A stretch of DNA of 64,000 bases from Octopus sinensis. Lineage: Eukaryota. Both the position numbers and the translations under genes were made by a program. The stretch spans positions 32,860,001 to 32,924,000 of the forward strand of contig NC_043015.1 in assembly GCF_006345805.1 (NCBI RefSeq). Direction: 5' to 3'. Positions 48,592 to 60,440 of the stretch are shown one piece after another. The notes under the pieces are model-generated. The model was not told the DNA's origin. It was given only the letters and a program-made list of their open reading frames with translations, and did no database searches. Positions within the stretch are counted from its first letter, which is position 1. Each line of letters begins with the position of its first letter.

Positions 48592-49200
48592 CAGAAGGGA
48601 AAGGAAGGGAGAGAAAGTATACGATATAGACGAGCAAAATGACAGAGAGAAGCAAGAAATATAGACATGCACACGCACGCGCAGGGAGAGAGGGGAAGGA
48701 AGAGAGACAGGGAAGAAAGAGAGATGGGGAGGGGGAAGAAGAGAGAGAGAGGGAGGGAGGAAAAGAGAGAGAGATGTGAGAGAAATTTTAGGAAGGGTGA
48801 ATTCTATGAAAAAGACAGCAGACAGACAGATAGATAGAGAGAGAGAGAAAGACAGAGAGACGAGGGAGATAGATAGATAGATAGAGAGGGAGAGAAAGAG
48901 AGAAAGAGAGACGAGGGAGATAGATAGATAGAAAGGAGGAGAGAGAGAGACGAGGGAGATAGATAGAGAGAGAGAGAGAGAAAGAGAGACGAGGGAGATA
49001 GATAGATAGAGAGAGAGAGAAAAAGAGAGACGAGGGAGATAGAGAGAGAGGGAGAAAGAAAGAAAGAAAGAGAGACGAGGGAGATAGATAGAGAGAGAGA
49101 AGGAGAGAGAGAGTGCGTGTGAGAAAGAGACTGTGTACAGAGTGAGAGAGAGAGTGAAATGAAGGGGAAAATTCTAAAAAGAGAAAGGGAAAGAGTTGTG
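48520..49200. repeat. Polypurine tract containing a minisatellite (6 x AGAGACGAGGGAGATAG)
   Basis: The CGAGGGAGAT core occurs at 48861, 48912, 48951, 48990, 49031 and 49076. Confidence 0.9.
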
Positions 49201-49653
49201 AACAAAGGAGTGTGCACATGAGTGTGTGTGTGTGTGTGTGTGTGTGCGTGAGTGTGTGTGTGTGTGCGTGAGTGTGTGTGTTAGCCGAGTGTGAAGTGTT
49301 TAGAAGTGAAACACTTTAAAGCGCAAATGGGAAAACAGATTCGCAGCAGGGAAAAATAACGGTTTTACTGAAGCTTGAGTATCGTTTCTGTTTTTTTTTT
49401 CTGTTTTTTCTTTTTTCTTTTTTTTTTTTAAATACTTTGTCATTGAAACATAAAATAGATAGAATTGACATAAATGTGCTGTTTAATATAATAATATCAC
49501 ATAATGGAATTCACTCACACACACACACACGTATTCATGAATTCAAATATACATACATATTAATATATATATATATATATACTATTATATATATATATAT
49601 ATATCGACGTTCTATTATATAAATAAATCGATGTGCTCTTATATCGATTATTT

Positions 49654-49733
<80 letters not shown>

Positions 49734-49914
49734 TACATATATACAATACGTATATAATATAAACAATCGATATAATAGCACATCGATTTATTCTAATAAT
49801 AAAAATGCAATAACAAACATCGATAAATATAACAGCCATCGATATGTTATACTATATCGTGTTATATTATATAATAACAAATATTACTACACTTTGGTAT
49901 GAAATAATGAAGAT

Positions 49915-50040
49915 AATAATCCTTTATACTACAGGTACAAAGCCTGAAATTTGAATGAAGTGGGAGGATAATGGATTACAGCGACCCCAATAGTTGACTG
50001 GTATTTATTTTATTGGCCCGAAAAGGTGAAAGGCAAAGTT
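49915..50040 (-). mobile_element. SINE family C, 3' part
   Basis: CCTTTATACTACAGGTACAAAGCCTGAAATT...GGCCCGAAAAGGTGAAAGGCAAAGT. Confidence 0.75.
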
Positions 50041-50224
50041 TGTTGCCTGTCTTAGAAATCTGTCCCTCTGGTGGCCTACTATACTTGTCTACTCCAGACA
50101 GAAGGGAGGGGCGATAAAATACGATACCAGTGATATGACGGGGTGAATATAATTGACAGTTCCCCCTCAAAGTATTTCTGATCTTATGTCTGTTAGAAAT
50201 AACAAATTTCCAGCTATCATTTCT

Positions 50225-50264
50225 CTACTACTACCACCACTACTATTATTACTACTTCTACTAC

Positions 50265-50310
<46 letters not shown>

Positions 50311-50329
50311 CTATTATTATTATTATTAT

Positions 50330-50371
<42 letters not shown>

Positions 50372-50463
50372 CAGTAGTAGTAGCAGTAGTAGTAGCAGTA
50401 GTAGTAGCAGCAGCAGCAACAGTGACGGTGGTAGTAATATTAGTAGCAACAGCAGCAGCAGAT

Positions 50464-50494
<31 letters not shown>

Positions 50495-50500
50495 ATGTAG
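50225..50500. repeat. (ATT)n followed by (AGT/AGC)n
   Basis: Read directly from the sequence. Confidence 0.9.
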
Positions 50501-50829
50501 TACAGGCATAACAGCTAGATATTTGTTATTTCTAACAAACCAAATGAGAAATCCTTTTGAGGGAAACTCTCATTTCGACCCAGTTCTATTTCTGGTATTG
50601 CATTCTAGCATCCACCATTTTGCCTCTGAAGTAGATGAGTATAGTTGGCCACCAGCAGCGGGACATATATTTAACATAGGACAAAAAGCAATACATAGTA
50701 AATAGAGACACTAAGTTGTGCCGTTGATTACACGGACCTGAGTGTTTTCCTGGTATTATGCTTTATCCATTCTGGAAGGATAAAATGCAAAATCGAGCCC
50801 TAGCGGAATTTTTCACAATAACAGTAGTG

Positions 50830-50899
<70 letters not shown>

Positions 50900-50954
50900 T
50901 GGTGTCATGGCTGAATGAAACCAAGTATTAATCAATTATAAATGAAAGGTTTTT

Positions 50955-51375
50955 GTTAGTGATGATGATGATGATATGATGATGATGATTGTGATGAGAA
51001 GGAGGAGGAGGATAGCGACGATGGCGGTAGCGAAAGGTGGCGGTGATGATAAGGATGATCAGGACGACGAAGATGATGATGATGATGATGATGATGACGA
51101 TGATGGTAGGAGCAACAACAATGATGATGCTGATAAAGGTACTGATGTAGGTGGTGGTGGTGGTGATGGTGGTGTGGTTGTGTGGTGGTGTGGTGGTGGT
51201 GGTGGTGGTGGTGGTGGTGGTGGTGGTGGTGGTGTTGATGGTGGTTGGTATTATGATAATGATGTTCATGATGGTGACTAGGACGACGGCGGCGGCAGCG
51301 GTGGCGGTGATGACGATGATGATGATGATGACGATGATGATGATAACGACGGCGAACATAACAACAACAAGAAAA
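50955..51375. repeat. (GAT)n/(GGT)n low-complexity tract
   Basis: Read directly from the sequence. Confidence 0.9.
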
Positions 51376-52169
51376 ATAAGAACAATAATCATTTAATTGA
51401 AAAGCAATTCTCTTTTCAAAATGGCCGCATCATTAGTCAAAAAGAAATGTTTGAAGTTGCGCCTAACAGATTTATGAGGAAGAATAAAACGCAGAGAAAT
51501 AAAACAATTTACATTAAAACAAAGGCAGAAAAAAAAACCCACTAAAGAAAGAAATTTTAATCAGCACAGCTACGAATTGAAGGTTCTAATAGGAATTACA
51601 ACACTTAAACAGCGACCAATTCCTGCTGTTTCAATCTCAACCATCATCACTACCGATTCTGAAACCAGCACTAAACAATTTCACCATCAATTTCTACGCA
51701 AAAATAAAAGAATGCAAAAATACAAAATTCCAGAATTACTGGCAAAGTCGATAATTTTAGTTGTTTGTGTAATGGTGACTTTTTGTATTTTTCTAGTTAT
51801 AAAAGTGAATTTTTAGTTCATTGCACGAACAGCGATATCTCATTAGTTTTTATTGTAATTGTTGTTATAAATGGTAGAATCGGTAAAGCAGCGAGAAAAA
51901 GAAAAAAAAGCGTTTTGTTATTTTTAGACGTCTCTTCTCCTTCCGCGTTCGAATCTCGCAAATATCGGTTTTGCCTTCTATCTTTCCAAGGTCGATCAGA
52001 ACAGACCGACCACCAAAGCAATTCCATCGGCAAGAATCACGACCATTCCCTGTTTCTCTTCATTCTTCTATTCTTTTATATGTTTCAGTCCTAAGGCTGT
52101 GGCCATTCTTTTATTTATTTCTTCCTTCCTTCCTTCCTTTCTTTTTTTTTTTTTTTTTGTTAACCTAGA

Positions 52170-52330
52170 CAGGTGCAAGTGTAGCTGTGTGGTAAGTAGC
52201 TTACTTCTCAACCACATGATTCCGGGTTTGGTTCCACTGCATGGCACCTTGGGCAAGTGTTTTCTACTATCGCCTCGGGCCGATCAAGGCTTTGAGTGGT
52301 TTTGGTAAACGGAAACTCCAACAAACCTGT
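52170..52330 (+). mobile_element. SINE family A, 5' half
   Basis: AGGTGCAAGTGTAGCTGTGTGGTAAGTAGC...CTCGGGCCGATCAAGGC. Confidence 0.85.
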
Positions 52331-52339
52331 CATATATAT

Positions 52340-52650
52340 TGCTCAGTAGTTAGAGCATCGGGCTCACAATTATGAGGTAATGAGTTCGATTCCTGGACCG
52401 GGCTGTGTGTTGTGTTTTTGTGTGTTGTGTTTTAGTTTACGTTGCGCCAGTTCACTGAGTTGCGACGTTACTGATGCCAAGCTGTATCGGCCCCTTTGCC
52501 TTTCCCTTGGATAACATCGGTGGCGTGGAGAGGGTACCCTGGTATGCATGGGCCACTGCTCGTCTTCCATCAGCAACCTTGCCAGGACTTATGTCAGGGT
52601 GTAACTTTCTAGGTGCAATCCCATGGTCACTCATGACCGAAGGGGGTCAT
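52340..52650 (+). mobile_element. tRNA-derived SINE, family G
   Basis: A-box-like GCTCAGTAGTTAGAGC and B box GAGTTCGATTCC. The 3' end matches 41790-41900. Confidence 0.75.
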
Positions 52651-52734
52651 TTGGCTGCGTGGTAAGAAGCTTACATCCCAACTACACGGTTCCTGGTTGC
52701 CTCACTGCGTGGCAATATATATATATATATGTAA

Positions 52735-53015
52735 AAAAATACAAACTGGGACAAGAACGCAAAACATTTAGAAGACAATACAAAAAACACGGACGGGACA
52801 TTCGAAGCCTTCAATCTTCAGTCAAGAACCGGATCATCCCCGCAATTTGCTCCGATCTGGCCAGCCCCAAAGAAAAATCTAAACCAAGCGCATTAGATTC
52901 CTTGGAAGAAAGCCTCGAATGTATACAAAACAAGGACGGAAAAACGGATGATATTACACGAATAAGAATACAAAAATACGTAAAAACAATAATGATAATA
53001 ATAATAACAAAAACA
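52735..53015. mobile_element. Dispersed repeat family F
   Basis: Alignable by eye to 55700-56010 and to 42625-43130. Confidence 0.75.
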
Positions 53016-53269
53016 GGACTTCACAGACAGGCGTCTTTTCGATAGGACGAGTAAACTTTGAGCTGGCGTGTTAGAAAAATGCCTTAGGGCAAAGAGAGAA
53101 AAAATGTATACATACACACACACACACACATATATATATATTGGTCATTCAACCCTATTATCAACCCTATTATCTCCCCTTATTTCGCTCTCGCGTCTCA
53201 TGTTTGATCTTTGACCTCTGGCCGAAATCAGATCGCCATGTTGATTCGTTAGTTACTGCACGCATTTTT

Positions 53270-53431
53270 TTCTCTCCTTCTTTCTGTGTTTTTTTTCTCT
53301 CTGTGTATCTTTCTGTTGAAGAGCGTAGGCTCGAAAACGTTAAAGACTTGTTGTATTTATATTTCCTGAGCGCCATACTAATACAAGTGTTTGTTGTTTC
53401 AACCTGCCTGCGTCTTTGTTTCATAGCTCTG

Positions 53432-53435
<4 letters not shown>
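53270..53435 (+). mobile_element. Repeat family K (Penelope-like pLTR-type) with variant hammerhead fold
   Basis: TCTTT-CTGTTGAA-GAGC-GTAG-GCTC-GAAAAC-GTT-AAAGA at 53308-53346. Homologous to 59705-59860 on the minus strand. Confidence 0.65.
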
Positions 53436-53477
<42 letters not shown>

Positions 53478-53478
53478 C

Positions 53479-53523
<45 letters not shown>

Positions 53524-54002
53524 TCCTGCAGGCACAATACGAGGTTTAAGATGTCAACTGAAAAAATACCGTATGGGCTATTTTTGATTTTCGGAAATGT
53601 TCTGACTTCCGCATTTGAATTTGGAACTGCAAAAATCTGTAAAACTTTCCAGAAGTTTATCATTTAAATATATACGAGCATGTCTAGATATTTAACTATA
53701 TGCATCATAATACATACATAAAACATACAGATCTGCACATACATACATAGATACATACATACATAAAAAAATACCTTGTTGTGGATGTTGAAATTCCAAT
53801 GAAGGAGTCTTGGATCTAGAAACCGGTTCTTTCTTTATTGGCAAGAAATTTTGAGATAAACTGAATAATGACATACAAACGTATATATACCTATGTGCGT
53901 TTATATATATATGTATATACGTATATACGTATGTAAAAGGCGTGTATATAAATATATATATATATACACACACATACGCACACAAACATATATGTGTGTA
54001 TA

Positions 54003-54039
<37 letters not shown>

Positions 54040-54169
54040 ATAAATATATTCATATGTGTAAGAAGAAATACCAAGTATATTGAATGATTATTCAATATAT
54101 TTTCAGAAACTAAAGCGGTAACTGTCAGAATCTTCATGGCGCCGGACAAAATGCTATACTCCTTTTATT

Positions 54170-54315
54170 CCGGTTCTTTACGTTCTGCATAAAGTTTGCC
54201 TTACGTTCTTTCTGGAACGATAAAATAAGTACCAGTTGTGTACTGAGGTCGCTAGAATCGCCATCCTTCTCTCTTCAAAATATCTCATCTCATGCCAAAA
54301 TTAGAAAGATATAAA
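54170..54315 (+). mobile_element. Decayed SINE family C
   Basis: TTTACGTTCTG...TTTGCCTT...GATAAAATAAGTACCAGTTGTGTACTGAGGTCG. Confidence 0.65.
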
Positions 54316-54900
54316 TCTAAGATACCCTGCGGATCCACGGGAAAAATTCGAAACCAGTACCACCATTTTACTTGTGTATCTATACATGTATGTATAGACT
54401 CTCATACAGGCAACAAGATGAGTTAGAGTTCAATTAATCAGGAAGGATAAAGAGATTCTGATGGCTTCGAGATTCTTTCGTCTCCCTTCAGATCTGGTAG
54501 GCCAATATTAAGAGTAACGAAAAGAACACGCTAAAAAAGTACTGTAAACATTCCGTTACGTGCATAACGTGGTTATGATTTGGCAAACACCCACTGACAT
54601 TAATTATAGCTTTCACCGTACAGCATATGACGTAATATATTGTCGTCTATTGTCTGTGTGGAAACAGAGATAATAGTCAAGCTGTGAAGATTGTTTTGGG
54701 TTTAAAACCGAAGTTAATGAGAACATGTGAGCAGGAAGCTTGACTATCCTTACACACACACTTCACGTTGTATCGTACGGTGAAAGGTATAACTGATATG
54801 TGAAAGGTATAACTGACACACATCATATATATGTATATATATATGTTTACACACACACACACACACAGATATATATAGATATACATACATACATGCATAC

Positions 54901-54959
<59 letters not shown>

Positions 54960-55139
54960 TGTGTGCGTGCGTGTGTGTGTGTGTGTGTATATTTGTATGT
55001 ATATATATTGATAGATATACAGATAGATAGATACCAAAATTTTTAACTGTCACTTTCCATAACTTTGTATGTGTATGCACATATATATATCTATGATATA
55101 TGTATGTACACATAGTTACAGAATACATATAATATATAT

Positions 55140-55191
<52 letters not shown>

Positions 55192-55699
55192 AGATATACT
55201 AATATTATGTATCTGTACAGGCACACAATCACGTCCATACACATACGTACACATTGTATGTATGTGTGTATATGTAAAACAAGAAAGAGGGACGTCGGGG
55301 AAAACAGCGATATGATGTGTTTACATGTCTAAATACTCTATAATTACTTTTTAAGTGACTTCAGAATTGTTTGAATATGTATATATATATATACACACAC
55401 ACTAATTCTAACACACACACCGCACATGAGTGATGTCAGTATATATGTTTTATATAGATATATGGTTGAGTGTTGTGCATATACATATCCATATATGCAT
55501 GCACACACACACACATATCAATATACATTTATATATGTGTGAGTGTGTGTATGTTATATATATATATATACATATACACACATATGTGTGCGTACGTATA
55601 TGTTTCATTATAGAATTAAATTATAAATGTCAGATTGATAGATAGGCACGTGAGTGTGCAAGTATGTATGTTTATATATATATATATGTGTGTGTGTGT

Positions 55700-56010
55700 G
55701 TAAAAGAAAACAAAAATGAAACAAGAACGTAACAGGCGACAACAAAACATCCGGACAGTTAGGTGATACAGAAAAGGACAGGAAAAAAACCAGGACGAAT
55801 CATTCGGAGCTTTCTATCCTCAGTCGAGTTCCAGATCATCTTTGCAGTTGCGGCTAGTTATACTCGAGACTTCACCAATCTGGCCGGCCCCAAGAAGATC
55901 TAAGGTAAGAGCACTAGACTCCTTGGAAGAAATCAAGCGAATGTATACGAAAACAAGGATGGAAAAAAATACGGAGAAATGGTACACAATTACAAATACA
56001 AACAAATTAC
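55700..56010. mobile_element. Dispersed repeat family F
   Basis: Alignable to 52735-53015. Confidence 0.75.
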
Positions 56011-56224
56011 ATACAAACAAAGGAGAACTCCAGCAACAAAAGAAAGGCCTACCAAAAAGAAGCCGAAGATGAAGACACAAAGAAGCAAGCAAGCTGAGGA
56101 TGTCCGTCGTTCACAGGTGACCGCAAAGACAAAGTAAAGCAGAACTTGTAGAAATGAAAACCCAAGCAAAAAGGACGCCCGAGTTATCTTACGTTCTACA
56201 TAAATATTACCTGCTGGCACGGAC

Positions 56225-57225
56225 AAGCTGTCTCTGCTTTAACGTGTTTTGGTGTAATGTTAAAGAGAGTGGAGCCAATTGAGGTGAAACAGTTGTGCCG
56301 TATTGTTATGGGATGCGAGTATGATTTATGTTGTGGGCGGATAGCACGGGGTCCAAGACTTGGGTGTATCTTAAAGGTGATGCCAACATCATTTGGGCAA
56401 TGCTGATGCAATATTTGTAGCGCTCACGGCGGCGTTGGGGGGGGGGATAAACCTTGAGCTTTTCTAGTCGACCCCAATAGTCAAGACCCGTCATGCCATC
56501 TATCTTTTTTGTAATTGATATTTGAGGTGCTTCAATTTTCGTGATACTTTGTTTCGTGTGGGGAGACCACAGTGGGCAAGAGTATTGAAGGTGAGGTTGG
56601 GTAAAAGTGGAGAAGAGAAGGATAATTATGTGGATATCTCTCAACTAGAAAGTTTTGAGAATCCAAGAACACATTATGCGGGCCATGACAGCTTTACTGT
56701 TTATATGAGCGGCCCATCTTATGTTGTTGTCCTCAATTACTCACAAGTCTCTGAAGTTGTTGTTTGCCATGAGAGTTTCACCTGAAGGAAGGGTGTATGG
56801 GAGTTTCAGGGTATTCTCTTTTCCAAAGTGAATTAACTCACATTTGACCTCCTTCAGCAGCATATTATTCTTTTCTGCCCGTTGGATGACAGCCAGTAGA
56901 TCTGACTGAAGGCATGTCCAGTCACTCACTTCATTGATAACTTTCTGGATCTTGGAATCATCTGCAAAGATTCTTATGTTGCTGTGCTTGATGATGTCAG
57001 CAACGTCATTGGTGTAGATAATGAAATGAAGTGGGGCCAACGCAGTGCCTTGTGGAACATCACTACTGACTTTGGCTGGGCTTCATTTTACTCCTTCGAC
57101 TACAACGTGTTGGGTTCTGTCTGTCAGGAAACGCTTGATCCATTGTAGTAACTTTCCAGAGACAACAATGTTGGATAGTTTTATCAAGAGAATCTTATGA
57201 TCAACTCTGTCTTGTTTGGATTGAC
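56225..57225 (-). mobile_element. 5'-truncated CR1-type LINE, reverse transcriptase and C-terminal region (pseudogenised)
   Basis: DRVDHKILL.KL...G.LL.WI..FL.DR.Q.VVV, VPQGT.L.PL.FIIY.ND, IFADDSKI, LQSDL, KCELIH, L.YSCPLWSPH, DYWGRLEKL..Y..QRRRERY. Several stops and frameshifts are present. Confidence 0.95.
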
Positions 57226-57234
57226 TATATACAG

Positions 57235-57337
<103 letters not shown>

Positions 57338-57854
57338 CAGATGCACCTAAATGTATAGGTAGGTATGTAAATGCCCATCGGTTTTCACAGTGTATCGGCT
57401 TTAAGAAGGCATCCCCGTTGTTTAAAGAATTGGAGGAGAAACTGTCAAAAGCGATGGAGGACCGAGTGGCGTGTGTAAGTGTGAGTGTGTCTCCACATGT
57501 TTGTATGTGTCAGTGTCTGTGAACATGTATGAGTACGTGTAAAATATCTATATATCATTTTAGATGTGCGTCTATGAGTATACGTATATGTGTGTGAATA
57601 TACTTACATGTGTGTGTGTACTATAGGTATGTTCCTCCCTCTGCTGTCGATATACAGCACAGACCATTTTCATATCTCATTTGTTACTCTCTCTCACTCC
57701 TGTTCACCCCCTCTTTTATTCCCTTTACCACCTCTCTCTCACTCCCTCTTCCCCTCTCTCTCTGTCTATTGTATATAATTCTGCTTCTCTTTTTACCCTT
57801 CTATACATCAATTTTTATATACCTTTCTGTCTATACAGACGGGATTATGAGGAC

Positions 57855-57857
57855 TCG

Positions 57858-57950
<93 letters not shown>
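57855..57950. repeat. (TATC)n array
   Basis: Read directly from the sequence. Confidence 0.95.
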
Positions 57951-57955
<5 letters not shown>

Positions 57956-58923
57956 TTTGCACTCCCTCTCTCATTCTTCTTTTTTTTTCTCTCTCTCTGC
58001 ATCTGTCTATTTCCTTCTGCCCGCCCTACACACGTATTTATACTATATAATATACATACATACACACACACACTCTCACACACACACACACACACACTCA
58101 CACACACATGTATGTAATGTATGTATGTATTATGTATGTATGTTGTATGTAGTATGTGTATGTATATATATATATAATATATATATATATATAATATAAT
58201 ATATACACACACATACATACATATGCATACGCACCCAGACATGTTACAAATATACATCTACATATGTGTGTGCATGTGTGTGTGTGTGTGTGCATGTGTG
58301 TGTGTGTGTGTGTATAACGATGTACTGTCAATAGCTGGTCCCAGCAGCGTCTAGCTGTACGAAACAGTTGCAAAAGACCAGAGAAAGCAACGTCGCTGGC
58401 CAAAGGCGACGGCACCGTTTGAAGTGGTTCGTGCGCAGTGATGCGTGAACGCAGTTCTGTAGCGATACTCAACCCTTTTTGTTATGGCTATTGTTACAAC
58501 CATTTCAGAACATTCTATGATGTGGCTGGCTAGAGATGGTGACGGTAGTGGTGGTGGCGTAGTGGTGGTGGTGGTGGTGGTGGTGGTGGTGGTGGTGGTG
58601 GTGGTAGATGCCGGAGACTTGAGCGGGGTGTATGGTTAGGTATGCCAGGAAAGAGATGGAGAGATTCTGTTACTGTTAATATTGAGGTGGTTGTTGTTAC
58701 CATTGTTGTTGTTGTTGTTACGGTATGGCTGTGGCTTTTTCATTGATTAGACACCACACACACACACACACACACATTCAGTCATGTAATTGCGAGTGTT
58801 ATTGTATTTACACACACATGCACACACTCAAACACATGTATATATGTATGTATTTAATATACAAACGCAAACACGATATTTATATAAGCTATAATATATA
58901 TCTATACATATTTATGTGTATAA

Positions 58924-58983
<60 letters not shown>

Positions 58984-59704
58984 AAGAATTTACACACAAC
59001 ACACCACCACACACATATATATATATATGCTATAAGTGTATGTTTATATATATATATATTGTATGTATCTACATATACCTACATATATAAACTACAAATA
59101 CATATTTATATATATTTATAGATGTGTATATATATGTATGTGTTTATATATATATATTATATATATATATATATACATATGCATATGCATGTATCTGTAT
59201 ATATATATATATACGCATATATATGTATATATATATACATATATATGCGTATATATATGTATATATGTATATACATACATATATATATTATCTATATATA
59301 TACGCATATATATATGTATATACGCATATATATATGTATGTATATATGTATATATATATACATATATATATGCGCATATATATATGTATATATGTGTATG
59401 TATATATATATATATATATATATAGATAGATAGATAGATAGATAAACGGACAGACAGACAGACAGATAGATGTTTTTGTATATATGCATTTATATATACA
59501 TCCATCTTCCCATCTAACTCACTCTTTTTCTCTCTTATACACGCGTGTGTGTATGTTTGTATGCATGAATACATACGTACACACATATAAACATTCCATC
59601 CATCTATACATACATACATATACACATACATAAATACGCACATACATAAATACACGGTACGTGAATGCTTCTATATATATATACACATATAAAGATATAC
59701 ATAT

Positions 59705-59860
59705 AGTTGAAATTTACAGAAAAACAAAAGACGAAGACAGGTGTATGAACAACAAACAGATGTATTAGTTTGACACTCGAGCAAGTGAGAAAGTCTTTTA
59801 CATTTCGAGCCTACGCTCTTCAACAGAAAGGAATACGAGAAAATAATCAGAGAAAGAAAA
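59705..59860 (-). mobile_element. Repeat family K with variant hammerhead fold
   Basis: The minus strand reads CTTT-CTGTTGAA-GAGC-GTAG-GCTC-GAAAT-GTA-AAAG (59830-59795). Confidence 0.65.
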
Positions 59861-59984
59861 GACTTGTGGATTTAGAGGTCATATATTACAGACAAGGAAG
59901 TAAATTTCGAAGGCAGTAAAGCTGTAAGGACAGCAGAGGACAGTTGAGTATTTATCTTTATAAGACGGGAAAAAAAGTTGCCTA

Positions 59985-60057
59985 AGGGCGAACACGGGAC
60001 TCGAACCCGTTCTCCTCAGATACCAACTGAGTGTTCTAAACATTAACTAAACGGCAC
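59985..60057 (-). ncRNA. tRNA-like head (GGT anticodon position, acceptor stem broken); not an intact tRNA gene
   Basis: D arm GTT..AAC, anticodon arm CTCAG-TTGGTAT-CTGAG, 4-nt variable region, T arm ACGGG-TTCGAGT-CCCGT, and a T7 run about 17 nt past the T arm. Confidence 0.55.
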
Positions 60058-60124
60058 CCCGATAAGAATTACTGTCAAATTTATCCAAAAATTTCTCTGT
60101 TGACCTTACAGCTTTACTACGCAT

Positions 60125-60440
60125 GAAGTTTTTTAAAGCCTGGCGCTTATTCTTTCGGTCTGTTTGCCGAACCGCAAAGTTACGGGGATGTAAACACACC
60201 AATTCCGGTTGTCAAGCGATAGTCGGGTGACAAATACAAATACAAACACACACCCACCACACACATACATATATTTACGATGGGATTCTTTCATTTTCCG
60301 TCTACCATATCCGCTCACAAGGCTTTGTTCGGTCCGGAGCTATAGTAGAAGACACTTGCCCAAGGTGCCATGCAGTGGGATTGAACTCGGAGTCATGTGG
60401 TTAGGAAGCAAGATTCTTACCGCACAGCTACGTCGGCGCC
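60125..60440 (-). mobile_element. SINE family A, partial
   Basis: GCCGAACCGCAAAGTTACGGGGATGTAAACACACC...GAAGACACTTGCCCAAGGTGCCATGCAGTGGGA. Confidence 0.9.

Noticed and set aside
48850-49110. Repeat-spacer pattern resembling a CRISPR array
   Set aside because: The context is eukaryotic, the spacers are AG/AGAT microsatellite rather than unique sequence, and there are no cas genes.
52790-52826. Family F hammerhead-like words CUGANGA-11 nt-GAAU-G..C-GUC in all three copies (also ~55795 and ~42716, minus strand)
   Set aside because: A15.1 is replaced by U, stem II is not consistent between copies, and stem I cannot form in any copy. It would be worth revisiting only with a full consensus.
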